Shown: piece after piece, positions 1 to 8,922 of the stretch
Numbering within the stretch: position 1 is the stretch's first letter
How the letters are laid out: the number at the start of each line of letters is the position of its first letter
DNA from: Formosa sp. Hel1_33_131
GTDB taxonomy: Bacteria; Bacteroidota; Bacteroidia; Flavobacteriales; Flavobacteriaceae
Reading direction: 5' to 3'
Assembly (NCBI RefSeq): GCF_001735745.1
Contig: NZ_CP017260.1
Location: forward strand, 2,430,001-2,462,000
Length of the DNA: 32,000 bases
Made by a program: the position numbers and the translations under genes
Notes under the pieces: generated by a model
Told to the model about the DNA's origin: nothing
The model's input: only the letters and a program-made list of their open reading frames with translations
Database searches by the model: none

Positions 1-936
1 TTTTAATTCTTTAAACAGGCGTTTGCTATTTCTTGAAATCAACTTACGCACCATCAAACTGGTATGGTCATAAAAACTTTGCACACTGTTTTTGGAGTTT
101 AAAAGTGCTATTTTGTTTTTATGCGTTTTATAAAATATTTCTACCGAAGTTATAGATTGATCAATTAGAGTCTTTGAAATTCCAAGATCAGATCCTAATA
201 TATTTAAAAATTCTTGTTCTGCTGCTTCAAGTTTGAGATCACTCCAAGTGGACATGCACGCCAAATCTAAATAATATAAAGATTCTAATTCTGAGGGAGC
301 AGCATCTATAACCGTTTTATAGTTATGGGAAGCGTTTTCTGTGAATCGAAATGAAGACTCTAAAAGTTTAATCAAACTGTCATCATAAGATGTTTTCAGC
401 GATTTAGAATTTAAAGCCGTTAACACCAACGTTCTAATGGAATTTTCAAACTGATTTAAATAAAGGATGGCGTTTTTTTCTCCTTTTAAATATTCTTGGT
501 ACGCCATCACATCCATAAATAGGAGGGCATTCGTCACAAAAAAACTAAAATTTTTAGTCAGAATATTATTGTCAATATGAATGCGTTTATGAAGAATAGA
601 TTCTAGATTGTTCCCTAGAATGGTACGTATAAAGGTTGATTTATATAAGGTGATTTCTTTATAAAACTTTAATAAACTTTTTTCAAAGGGTTCAGTCGAT
701 TTCGTATTAGAATGGACTGCGTACAAGGCAATCACTAAATTGATTTTACAACGCTCTTCCTTAGTATAATCTGGATTGTCAGCGATATGGCTAAGTGTGG
801 CCATATTACTCCCATATAAAAACCCCACATTTCTAAGTTTTGGATACAACTGCTCCAAAGACTCAAATTCATGTTCTGAATGTGCTTTGAGTAGCTTTAA
901 AAGTTTCGTAATCCAACCGCTTCCTGATGGGTTCAT
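1..936 (-). CDS. hypothetical protein, partial (C-terminal part lies beyond the left window edge)
   Basis: I checked triplets 1-936 by hand on the minus strand. There is no stop, and the ATG is at 936-934. Translation starts MNPSGSGWITKLLKLLKAHSEHEFESLEQLYP. It is missing from the ORF track because its stop is outside the window. I recognise no family motif. Confidence 0.6.
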   Translation of the reverse strand, partial: MNPSGSGWITKLLKLLKAHSEHEFESLEQLYPKLRNVGFLYGSNMATLSHIADNPDYTKEERCKINLVIALYAVHSNTKSTEPFEKSLLKFYKEITLYKSTFIRTILGNNLESILHKRIHIDNNILTKNFSFFVTNALLFMDVMAYQEYLKGEKNAILYLNQFENSIRTLVLTALNSKSLKTSYDDSLIKLLESSFRFTENASHNYKTVIDAAPSELESLYYLDLACMSTWSDLKLEAAEQEFLNILGSDLGISKTLIDQSITSVEIFYKTHKNKIALLNSKNSVQSFYDHTSLMVRKLISRNSKRLFKELK

Positions 937-961
937 TCTGCAACGTATTTGATGTAAAATT

Positions 962-989
962 AAAAAAGCTACTCATTACAAGTAGCTTT
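962..989 (-). terminator. rho-independent terminator downstream of the Cu/Zn SOD gene
   Basis: 9-bp stem AAAGCTACT/AGTAGCTTT (965-973 with 981-989) and a 7-nt loop. On the minus strand it is followed by a U-run (plus-strand A-run 962-967). Confidence 0.7.
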
Positions 990-1011
990 GTATCGTTTTT
1001 TTTAAATTAAA

Positions 1012-1605
1012 TTATTCGATAATTCCTCCACAACTCACACGGCTGCCAGCAGCTCCTGAGGGTTGAGATGTAAAATCGTCCATACCTTGGTGCACAATAA
1101 CGCCTTTGCCTAGGATATCTTTTGTGTCATCTCCACAGCCAATACACCATTCATCTGTACTAAACTCAACGGTTGTATCATCCGCTGCGTTTTTAACCAT
1201 AAAATTCCCAATATCTCCTTTGTGGTAGCCCGTTTCAGCACCCCATTTTCCATGTGGTTGCGCCGTTGGATTCCAATGCCCTCCAGCCGATTTCCCATCT
1301 GTAGATGTACAATCACCTGTTTTATGAATATGTATCGCATGAGATCCTTCGGAAAGTCCTTTGATGACCGCAGTCATCTGAACCATGCCGTTGGTTTCTA
1401 CAAATTTAGCCGTTCCAGTCACTGTACTGTTACTTTTTGGGCTGAGAGCGATTGTTAAAGAGCGCATCTTTTGAACGGGTTCTTGTTTTTGCTCGGTATT
1501 AAGCATGTCTTTGTCAGACGTATTTGTTTTTTTGACTTCTTGTTTACAGGATAATACACTGAAAATAAGAAGTAAAGCTAGAATCGAATTTTTCATTTTT
1601 TTCAT
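1012..1605 (-). CDS. sodC: Cu/Zn superoxide dismutase, lipoprotein
   Basis: Metal-ligand motifs HAIHIHKTGDC, GGHWNP and HKGDIGN, plus the C-terminal VIVHQGMDD...SGAAGSRVSCGGI. N-terminal signal with lipobox-like LSC. Confidence 0.93.
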   Translation of the reverse strand: MKKMKNSILALLLIFSVLSCKQEVKKTNTSDKDMLNTEQKQEPVQKMRSLTIALSPKSNSTVTGTAKFVETNGMVQMTAVIKGLSEGSHAIHIHKTGDCTSTDGKSAGGHWNPTAQPHGKWGAETGYHKGDIGNFMVKNAADDTTVEFSTDEWCIGCGDDTKDILGKGVIVHQGMDDFTSQPSGAAGSRVSCGGIIE

Positions 1606-1662
1606 TTTAAATTTAGTTCCTCGAAAGTTAGTTAAAAAATCGCAACCGCATAAGAATGGAGT

Positions 1663-4600
1663 TTAATTTTTTAGTTTAAATGTTTCTATCGTCTTAAATG
1701 GAGACAGATCCTTGGCTTCCATTTCAGTTTGAAATGTGAGCCATTCAGCTTCAAAAAAGCTGTTCGTGGTTTTTAAGGCACTATCAATAGCTGTTTTTGC
1801 TTGTTTCACAAGGCTGTGTTCCGTATCTGTGATTCCATGCTGACGTGTGCTGATATAATACGAAGCCGTCCCAATGCGCTCTGTCACAGAAACCACAGGG
1901 TCACTTGTAATCCCTTGACGTTTATCGTCTTTCCCAAAATAGAGGGCCAAAATAGTATCTAATTTTTTGGTGATTTCTTTGCAATTTTTTAGAGCCTCTT
2001 TATTTATTTTTTTGTCTTTTTTGTTCAGTTTATCTGAAAACTCAGAAACGATGTTTTTACTTTCTACCAGTTGTTTGACGGCATTGCCCGTCATTTCTTG
2101 CTGATGTTCTAAAGCTTTCATCGTATTATATACATCTTGAGTTGCTTCTACATCGTAGGGAATTCGAGGGTCGCTCTGAACTTCAATAACAGTTTCCGAA
2201 ATTTGATCGCCATAACTGACCACCGCACGGTAGGAGCTAGGGAGAACTTGGACTCCAGAAGGTTCTCGTTTTGATTTACTTATTATTTTAGATGGCCATT
2301 CGACGCCTTTTTCGTCCATGTTCCATTTCCAAGTATGCATTCCACTTTCTTTAGGAGCTTTCTGTTTGAGGGTTCTAATAAGCCGTTCCCCATCAAATAG
2401 TTGAAGCTGTAAAGAATCCCATTTGACTTTTGTCGTCATTTCTTCTTCCTCTTCATTCTCATCATCATTTTCTTCCTCATCCGCTTTTGAATCTTTTTCT
2501 TGCACGGTTAAATAATATGAAAACTGTGCGCCACTGTCTCGGTTTTCACCATTAAACAAGGCATCCCCGCCAAATCGACTTCCCGTGGGTTGTTGATACG
2601 CCGCTTGGTAGGCGGTAGGTGGATCAAACAAATGCACTGTTTTTTGAAGTACATTTTGATCTTTCGCGATGGCTCTCAACGGGCGAATGTCGTCCAATAC
2701 CCAAGCCGCTCGTCCAAAAGTTCCAATGACTAAGTCATGCTCACGGGGGTGAATTATTAAATCTTTTACCGAAACGGTTGGGAATCCTTCGGTCCATTTG
2801 GTCCATTTGGTGCCGTGGTCGATAGAAATATAAAGACCATCATCAGTTCCTAAAAACAATAGATTCGGTTCTTCCTCATCTTCTACAATGGATAATGCAT
2901 AACTGGTTACATCTGTAGCATCGACAATGCGTTCCCAATTTTTTCCATAGTTTGTAGTGCGATAGACATAGGGCGTATAATTAAAGCGTCTGTAATCATT
3001 GGCAACTAAAAGTGCTTCGCCCTTATTTGTTTTAGATGCTTTGATTTGTGGAACCCAGCTCCCTTTTGGCAAGCCTTTAATGTTTTTAGTGACCTCAGTC
3101 CATTGGGTGCCTCCATCTTGTGTATAGTGCACACGACCATCATCGGTACTTACCCAAAGCATGTTTGCTTCCACTTCTGAAGGCTCGATGACTAAGATGG
3201 TACAATGATTTTCAGCACCTGTCGCATCCATGGTCAATCCGCCGCTTTCGTGTTGTTTTAATTTATCGGGATCATTGGTGGTTAAATCGGGAGAAATAAT
3301 TTGCCATGTCTCACCCTTATCGGTTGATTTATGCACAAACTGACTTCCAAAGTATAAAGTATTATTTGAGTTGGGATCTATATTAATCGCTGCATTCCAA
3401 TTGAACCGAAGGGTGACATCTGCATCTGGGTGTGTGGGTCGTACAATGTAATTATTCCCTGTTTTCCAGTCGTAACGACTTACATAGCCTTCTTGACTCA
3501 TGGTCCATCCAAATTGAGAATCGTCCTTATCGGGGATCACGTCAAATCCATCCCCAAAACTTATTTCTTGCCAATACGAATTTCTGATGCCCTGCGCACG
3601 CCATACATAGGCGGGACCTCTCCAAGAACCGTTGTCTTGCATGCCTCCATACACATTGTAAGGAAATTCATTATCTATATTGATATGGTAAAATTGTGCG
3701 ACGGGTAAATTTCCGATAAAACGCCAGCTGTCGCCACCATCTTTGGTGATGTTCATACCGCCATCGTTTCCATCTATCATAAAATCACCATTTGTGGGAT
3801 GTATCCACCACGCATGATGATCGGGGTGAATGCCATTATCTACGCCGTAAGCTGGCATGAGTTGTTTGAAACTTTTTCCGCCATCTTCACTTACATTGAC
3901 GTAGGTGAAAATTGAAAACAACCGATTTTCATTTTGAGAATCGACATAAATATCTGCATAATAAAAAGGGCGATTTCCGATTTCGTCCATGTTATCACTG
4001 ACCATTTTCCAGTTGACACCACCATCGGTACTTTTGTATAAAGCATTCTTTTTGGCCTCGATCAGCGCATAAATAACATCGGGTTTGCTAGGAGCAATTG
4101 CGATGCCAATGCGTCCTAAATTCCCTTCGGGCAATCCATCTTCAGAACTTATTTTTTTCCATGTGTCGCCACCATCGTAAGTGCTGTACAGTCCAGAGCC
4201 TTCGCCACCAGAATTAAAAAACCAAGGATCGCGTTTGTGTTCCCACATGGCTGCGATTAATTTATTAGGGTTTTGAGGGTCCATCACCAAATCCGCTGCA
4301 CCACTTTTTTGATTTGTATATAATATTTTATTCCATGTTTTTCCGCCATCGGTGGTTTTATACACCCCTCGTTCTGGGTGCTCTCCCCAAGGCGATCCAA
4401 TGGCTGCTGCATACACCGTATTCGGATTTGTAGGGTCAATAATAACACGATGAATATGTCGGGTTTTTTCTAAGCCCATCAACATCCAATTTTTACCACC
4501 ATCTAAGGATTTATAGATGCCATAACCGCCGTTCAAACTGTTACGGGGATTGCCTTCGCCAGTTCCTACCCAAATGACACTTGGATTGGATTGTTGAACG

Positions 4601-4872
4601 GCAACAGCGCCAATAGAAGCAGTCGCTTCGTCTTCAAAAATGGGTGCCCATTTAATACCTCCCGAAGTGGATTTCCACAAGCCACCAGAAGCGGTACCTG
4701 CATACATGATATCAGGATTGGAATGCACCACATCAATAGAAGTGACCCGTCCCGACATGCCGCCAGGCCCTATGTTTCGAGGGGTTTTGTTTTTAAGAAG
4801 TTCCATGGAAAATTCTTGTGCGAACCCATTAAAACTGAACATTAATAGTAAGATTGATAGTATAGTTCTCAT
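1663..4872 (-). CDS. secreted BNR/Asp-box repeat protein (sortilin/VPS10-like, glycosyl-hydrolase-like)
   Basis: Signal peptide MRTILSILLLMFSFNGFAQ. About ten Asp-box motifs (SLDGGKNW, TTDGGKTW, TYDGGDTW, STDGGVNW, SEDGGKSF, TKDGGDSW, STDKGETW, TQDGGTQW, SIDHGTKW). Confidence 0.85.
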   Translation of the reverse strand: MRTILSILLLMFSFNGFAQEFSMELLKNKTPRNIGPGGMSGRVTSIDVVHSNPDIMYAGTASGGLWKSTSGGIKWAPIFEDEATASIGAVAVQQSNPSVIWVGTGEGNPRNSLNGGYGIYKSLDGGKNWMLMGLEKTRHIHRVIIDPTNPNTVYAAAIGSPWGEHPERGVYKTTDGGKTWNKILYTNQKSGAADLVMDPQNPNKLIAAMWEHKRDPWFFNSGGEGSGLYSTYDGGDTWKKISSEDGLPEGNLGRIGIAIAPSKPDVIYALIEAKKNALYKSTDGGVNWKMVSDNMDEIGNRPFYYADIYVDSQNENRLFSIFTYVNVSEDGGKSFKQLMPAYGVDNGIHPDHHAWWIHPTNGDFMIDGNDGGMNITKDGGDSWRFIGNLPVAQFYHINIDNEFPYNVYGGMQDNGSWRGPAYVWRAQGIRNSYWQEISFGDGFDVIPDKDDSQFGWTMSQEGYVSRYDWKTGNNYIVRPTHPDADVTLRFNWNAAINIDPNSNNTLYFGSQFVHKSTDKGETWQIISPDLTTNDPDKLKQHESGGLTMDATGAENHCTILVIEPSEVEANMLWVSTDDGRVHYTQDGGTQWTEVTKNIKGLPKGSWVPQIKASKTNKGEALLVANDYRRFNYTPYVYRTTNYGKNWERIVDATDVTSYALSIVEDEEEPNLLFLGTDDGLYISIDHGTKWTKWTEGFPTVSVKDLIIHPREHDLVIGTFGRAAWVLDDIRPLRAIAKDQNVLQKTVHLFDPPTAYQAAYQQPTGSRFGGDALFNGENRDSGAQFSYYLTVQEKDSKADEEENDDENEEEEEMTTKVKWDSLQLQLFDGERLIRTLKQKAPKESGMHTWKWNMDEKGVEWPSKIISKSKREPSGVQVLPSSYRAVVSYGDQISETVIEVQSDPRIPYDVEATQDVYNTMKALEHQQEMTGNAVKQLVESKNIVSEFSDKLNKKDKKINKEALKNCKEITKKLDTILALYFGKDDKRQGITSDPVVSVTERIGTASYYISTRQHGITDTEHSLVKQAKTAIDSALKTTNSFFEAEWLTFQTEMEAKDLSPFKTIETFKLKN

Positions 4873-4884
4873 TAGAAAATGTTT

Positions 4885-6531
4885 TTAGTTTAGTTGTTTG
4901 TGATCGATATAAAAGTTTCTATCGATGTTGATTTTTGTAGAATTGATTTCCATTTTTTTCCAATCGGCAGTAGGGTAGAGCCATTGTTTTTCTTCATTGA
5001 TTTCTACTTCAATAGGCATTTGAAACCCATCTACAATATTGATCCAGCGATAGCTCAATTCATTATCTTTTATAGAATACTCTAAAGTCGGAACTCGAAC
5101 ATCCCGAAGGTATTGATTGAAAAAGGCGGTTAAATTTAAACCTGAAAATTCACTCATATAGGTTTCAATCTCTTGAGTGGTGACGGTTTGATGGTAGAAT
5201 GTTTCGTTCAATCCTCTTAACAATTGTCGCCATTTTTCATCATCATTTACGAGTTGGCGTAGTGTGTGGAGCAGATTGGAGCCTTTGTAATACATATCAG
5301 ATGAGCCTTCAGAATTCACATCATAGGTCCCAATGATCGGTTTGTCATTTCGAATGTTCGCTCGGGTTCCAATCACATAGTCTGCAGAAGCTTCTGTTCC
5401 GTAATGATAATCTAAAAACAGATTTTCTGAATAGGCCGTAAACCCTTCGTGAACCCACATGTCCGCTGCATCTTTATACGTAATGTTATTTGCAAACCAC
5501 TCATGCCCCGATTCGTGGATGATAATAAAATCAAATTTCAATCCCCAACCGGTTCCTGATAAATCCCTTCCCAAATAACCTTGTTTGAATTCATTTCCAT
5601 AGGTGACAGAACTTTGGTGTTCCATTCCTAAATACGGCACTTCCACTAATTTGAAACTGTCTTCATAAAAAGGGTAGGGTCCAAACCAATGTTCAAAGGC
5701 TTTCATCATTTTTGGAGCATCTTTGAATTGTTTTTTAGCTTTTTCTAGATGGTCTCTTAAAACATAATAGTCCATGTCTAGAGGGCCTTTTTCGCCTTCA
5801 TAAATTTCAGAGAAATGTACATAATCCCCAATATTGATGTTCACACCATAGTTGTTAATGGGGTTTGTTACGACCCAATTGTAGGTGGTGGTATTGTCGT
5901 CGTGTTCTTCAATTGATTCTAGCCGTCCATTAGAAACGTCCATCAAGTGTTTTGGAACATTCACACTAATTTTCATGCTGTCCACTTCATCGTACATATG
6001 GTCTTTATTAGGCCACCATACACTGGCGCCTAAGCCTTGACAGGAAGAGGCTATAAAATCATTACCGTTAGAATCTTTTTTCCATGAGATGCCACCATCC
6101 CAAGGCGCTCGGACGGCTACCCTTGGTTTACCTTCGTAAAAGACCTCAATTTCTTCCTGAGATCCAATGGCAGTCTGTGGTTTTTTTAAGGAGATAAAAT
6201 GAGCGTTGCCTTCCGTTACGACCACTAATTCTTCTCCATCTTGAACTGCTTTCGTCAGTTTCATAGGCGGCTGTAAATCAATTTGAAGTGTTTGATAGGG
6301 TTCAAGAATTGTGTACTGAATGGTATTTTTCCCTTCGATGGATTTCGTTTCAGGATGGACTGAAATATCTAAATGGTAATAATTCAAATCCCACCATACA
6401 CGTTCTGGAGTAATGCTACCCCTTAGAGAGTCTTGACGTGTAAAGGTCTCTGAGTCTGATTTTAAACTTTGTCCATTAATCAACATGCTTAAAAGCAAAA
6501 TTGGGATTAAAAATAGAGATTTGGTTTTCAT
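4885..6531 (-). CDS. M1-family zinc metallopeptidase (aminopeptidase N-like), secreted
   Basis: HEXXH motif as HESGHEW, followed by the downstream WVHEGFTAY glutamate. N-terminal signal peptide. Confidence 0.88.
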   Translation of the reverse strand: MKTKSLFLIPILLLSMLINGQSLKSDSETFTRQDSLRGSITPERVWWDLNYYHLDISVHPETKSIEGKNTIQYTILEPYQTLQIDLQPPMKLTKAVQDGEELVVVTEGNAHFISLKKPQTAIGSQEEIEVFYEGKPRVAVRAPWDGGISWKKDSNGNDFIASSCQGLGASVWWPNKDHMYDEVDSMKISVNVPKHLMDVSNGRLESIEEHDDNTTTYNWVVTNPINNYGVNINIGDYVHFSEIYEGEKGPLDMDYYVLRDHLEKAKKQFKDAPKMMKAFEHWFGPYPFYEDSFKLVEVPYLGMEHQSSVTYGNEFKQGYLGRDLSGTGWGLKFDFIIIHESGHEWFANNITYKDAADMWVHEGFTAYSENLFLDYHYGTEASADYVIGTRANIRNDKPIIGTYDVNSEGSSDMYYKGSNLLHTLRQLVNDDEKWRQLLRGLNETFYHQTVTTQEIETYMSEFSGLNLTAFFNQYLRDVRVPTLEYSIKDNELSYRWINIVDGFQMPIEVEINEEKQWLYPTADWKKMEINSTKINIDRNFYIDHKQLN

Positions 6532-6592
6532 ATTTTTTTTCTAAAGTTAAACAATTTTTAAACTTAGCACTCTAAGACTGTACATTTTGAAT

Positions 6593-6624
6593 AAAAAAAA
6601 ACGCCTCAAATCACTTTGAGACGT
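6593..6624 (-). terminator. rho-independent terminator ending the beta-oxidation operon
   Basis: Minus-strand hairpin ACGTCTCAAA-gtga-TTTGAGGCGT (one G.U pair) followed by nine U (plus-strand A-run 6593-6601). It lies 21 nt downstream of the acyl-CoA dehydrogenase stop. Confidence 0.85.
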
Positions 6625-6644
6625 TTCTTCACTAGTTAAATTGG

Positions 6645-8453
6645 TTAAAAACAATAGCCATTTTCTTCTTTGACTTTTTCTGCAATTTCAATACGTAAAT
6701 CTACAATATCCGGATAGTTCGCATATTTTGTAAAACGCTTCAGTCCCATTAACATCATGCGTTGTTCGTCGCCTTCAGCAAAAGAGATAATACTTTCTTT
6801 TCCTTTTTCTTCAACGGTATCTACGGCATGGTATAAATATAATTTAGCCATCGCTATTTGTGCCGATTGCTCTTTTTGACTTGTGCGCTTCACATTTTTC
6901 TCCGTTCGTAAAATTGAAGATTCTGCCATGTAGATTTCAATTAAGATATCAGCAGCAGCAATTAACAATTGTTGATGCTCTTCAAGTTGAGGTCCATATT
7001 TTTGAACCGCACCCCCAGCAACCATCAAGAACGTCTTTTTCAATTTCTTAATCATTTCTTTTTCTTCTGAAAATAATTCAGAGTAATCGGGTGTTTCAAA
7101 AGAGGGAATGCCCATGAGTTCTTCTTGAACTTTCGATGCAGGGCCTAATAAATCAAGATGTCCTTTCATTGCTTTTTTAACGAGCATACCCACAGACAAC
7201 ATTCTGTTAATTTCGTTGGTACCTTCATAAATACGTGTAATTCTAGCATCTCTCCAAGCAGATTCCATAGGGGTTTCTTCAGAGAAGCCCATACCACCAA
7301 AAATCTGAATTCCTTCATCGGCACAATTTTGTACATCTTCAGAAACCGCCACTTTTAAGATGGAACATTCAATCGCATATTCTTCAACGCCTTTTAGTTC
7401 GGCTTCTTGATGGGTATTTCCAGCCGCTTCACGTATTGCGATTCGGTCTTCAATATCTTTTGCAGCTCTATAAGTTGCAGACTCACAAGCATAGGCATTC
7501 GATGCCATTTCAGCTAGTTTTACTTTAATGGCTCCAAAGTCTGCAATAGGGGTGTCGAATTGTTTACGTTCCTTAGCATAATTTACAGCGATGGATAAGA
7601 TACGTCTTTGCGAGTCCAAACAAGCCGCAGCCAGTTTGATACGACCTACGTTCAGTGCATTCATTGCGATTTTAAAACCTTCACCACGTCCCGCTAACAT
7701 GTTTTCAACAGGTACCACACAATCGTTAAAAAAGACTTGACGTGTAGAAGACGCACGAATTCCTAATTTGTGTTCTTCTTCACCCAAAACGATACCGTTT
7801 GGTTTGTCACCATCATATTCAACAATGAAACCCGTAATATTTTTATCTCCTTCAATACGTGCAAATACAATCATCACACTACAGAAGCCTGCATTTGAGA
7901 TCCACATTTTTTGACCATTGATTTTATAGGATTTTCCATCAGCAGATAATTCAGCCGTTGTTTTTCCTGAATTGGCATCTGATCCCGCGCCCGGTTCTGT
8001 AAGGCAATAGGCTCCAAACCATTCTCCAGAAGCTAATTTTGGTACGTATTTTTGTTTTTGTTCATCAGTACCATATAAGGTAATTGGCATGGTTCCAATT
8101 CCTGTATGTGCACCAAAAGCAGTACTAAAAGACCCAGTTCCACTAGAGATGTAATCACAAGTCAGGCAAGTCGAGACAAAACCCATTCCCATTCCGCCAT
8201 AGGCTTCAGGAACAGCAACGCTTAAAAAGCCCATATCCCCAGCTTTTCGCATCACCTCTTCTGTTAACGCAAAATCTTTAGCTTCAAAGCGTGCCTTATG
8301 AGGAATGATCTCTCGGTCGTTGAATTCCATCACCGCTTCCTTCATCATTGTTTGCTCTTCCGTAAAATCTTCAGGTGTGAATACGTCTTCACATTTTGTT
8401 TCTTTCACTAAGAATTGACCTCCTCTGAGTAGTTGTTTGTCGTTTGTTTCCAT
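6645..8453 (-). CDS. acyl-CoA dehydrogenase (long, about 600-aa type)
   Basis: ACAD-family sequence throughout (CLTEPGAGSD, ...QIFGGMGF..., YEGTNEI) with a C-terminal extension typical of the 600-aa class. Confidence 0.92.
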   Translation of the reverse strand: METNDKQLLRGGQFLVKETKCEDVFTPEDFTEEQTMMKEAVMEFNDREIIPHKARFEAKDFALTEEVMRKAGDMGFLSVAVPEAYGGMGMGFVSTCLTCDYISSGTGSFSTAFGAHTGIGTMPITLYGTDEQKQKYVPKLASGEWFGAYCLTEPGAGSDANSGKTTAELSADGKSYKINGQKMWISNAGFCSVMIVFARIEGDKNITGFIVEYDGDKPNGIVLGEEEHKLGIRASSTRQVFFNDCVVPVENMLAGRGEGFKIAMNALNVGRIKLAAACLDSQRRILSIAVNYAKERKQFDTPIADFGAIKVKLAEMASNAYACESATYRAAKDIEDRIAIREAAGNTHQEAELKGVEEYAIECSILKVAVSEDVQNCADEGIQIFGGMGFSEETPMESAWRDARITRIYEGTNEINRMLSVGMLVKKAMKGHLDLLGPASKVQEELMGIPSFETPDYSELFSEEKEMIKKLKKTFLMVAGGAVQKYGPQLEEHQQLLIAAADILIEIYMAESSILRTEKNVKRTSQKEQSAQIAMAKLYLYHAVDTVEEKGKESIISFAEGDEQRMMLMGLKRFTKYANYPDIVDLRIEIAEKVKEENGYCF

Positions 8454-8496
8454 GTTCTTTTATAGATTAAAGAAGATAGAAAATAGAGAATAGACC

Positions 8497-8859
8497 CTAA
8501 TTGAGACTATTTTGAAACCCCATTGTCATTCTTTGGAATTCTTCTATTTTTTCTTCTATTTTTTTTAAAGTTTCGTTATTTATATAATTTCTATGTTTTG
8601 CTTCTAATAATTGTGTTCCTAACTCGAACGATGATCCTAAAGAGATATCTAAAAAATGACTAAAAGATTTATCTGTTCTTGAAGACCCTTCTGCAATATT
8701 GCTAGGCATTGAAACAGAACATCTACTTATTTGTGTACTTAAACCATATCGTTCGTGCTTTGGGAAGTCCAATAAAATATCCGAAATATCATTAGTAATT
8801 TCCAAGCCGAGATTCCAAATTTTCAAATTTTTGTAGTTATGTCTTTGTTTAGCACACAT
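8497..8859 (-). CDS. four-helix-bundle protein (23S rRNA intervening-sequence protein family)
   Basis: Family signature LKIW...FPKHERYGLSTQISRCSVSMPSNIAEGSSR...FLDISLGSSFEL. Much more AT-rich than its neighbours (13 G+C in the 60 nt at 8521-8580). Confidence 0.88.
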   Translation of the reverse strand: MCAKQRHNYKNLKIWNLGLEITNDISDILLDFPKHERYGLSTQISRCSVSMPSNIAEGSSRTDKSFSHFLDISLGSSFELGTQLLEAKHRNYINNETLKKIEEKIEEFQRMTMGFQNSLN

Positions 8860-8871
8860 TAGTCTTAATTT

Positions 8872-8899
8872 CTTTCCTCTTTCCTCTTTCCTCTTTCCT
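8872..8899. repeat. perfect tandem heptamer (CTTTCCT)x4, continuing as a degenerate pyrimidine tract to about 8923
   Basis: Read directly: CTTTCCT at 8872, 8879, 8886 and 8893. On the transcribed minus strand it reads (AGGAAAG)x4 and ends 12 nt upstream of the 8859 start codon. Confidence 0.95.
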
Positions 8900-8922
8900 C
8901 TTTTTTCTCTACTCTCTTGTTT

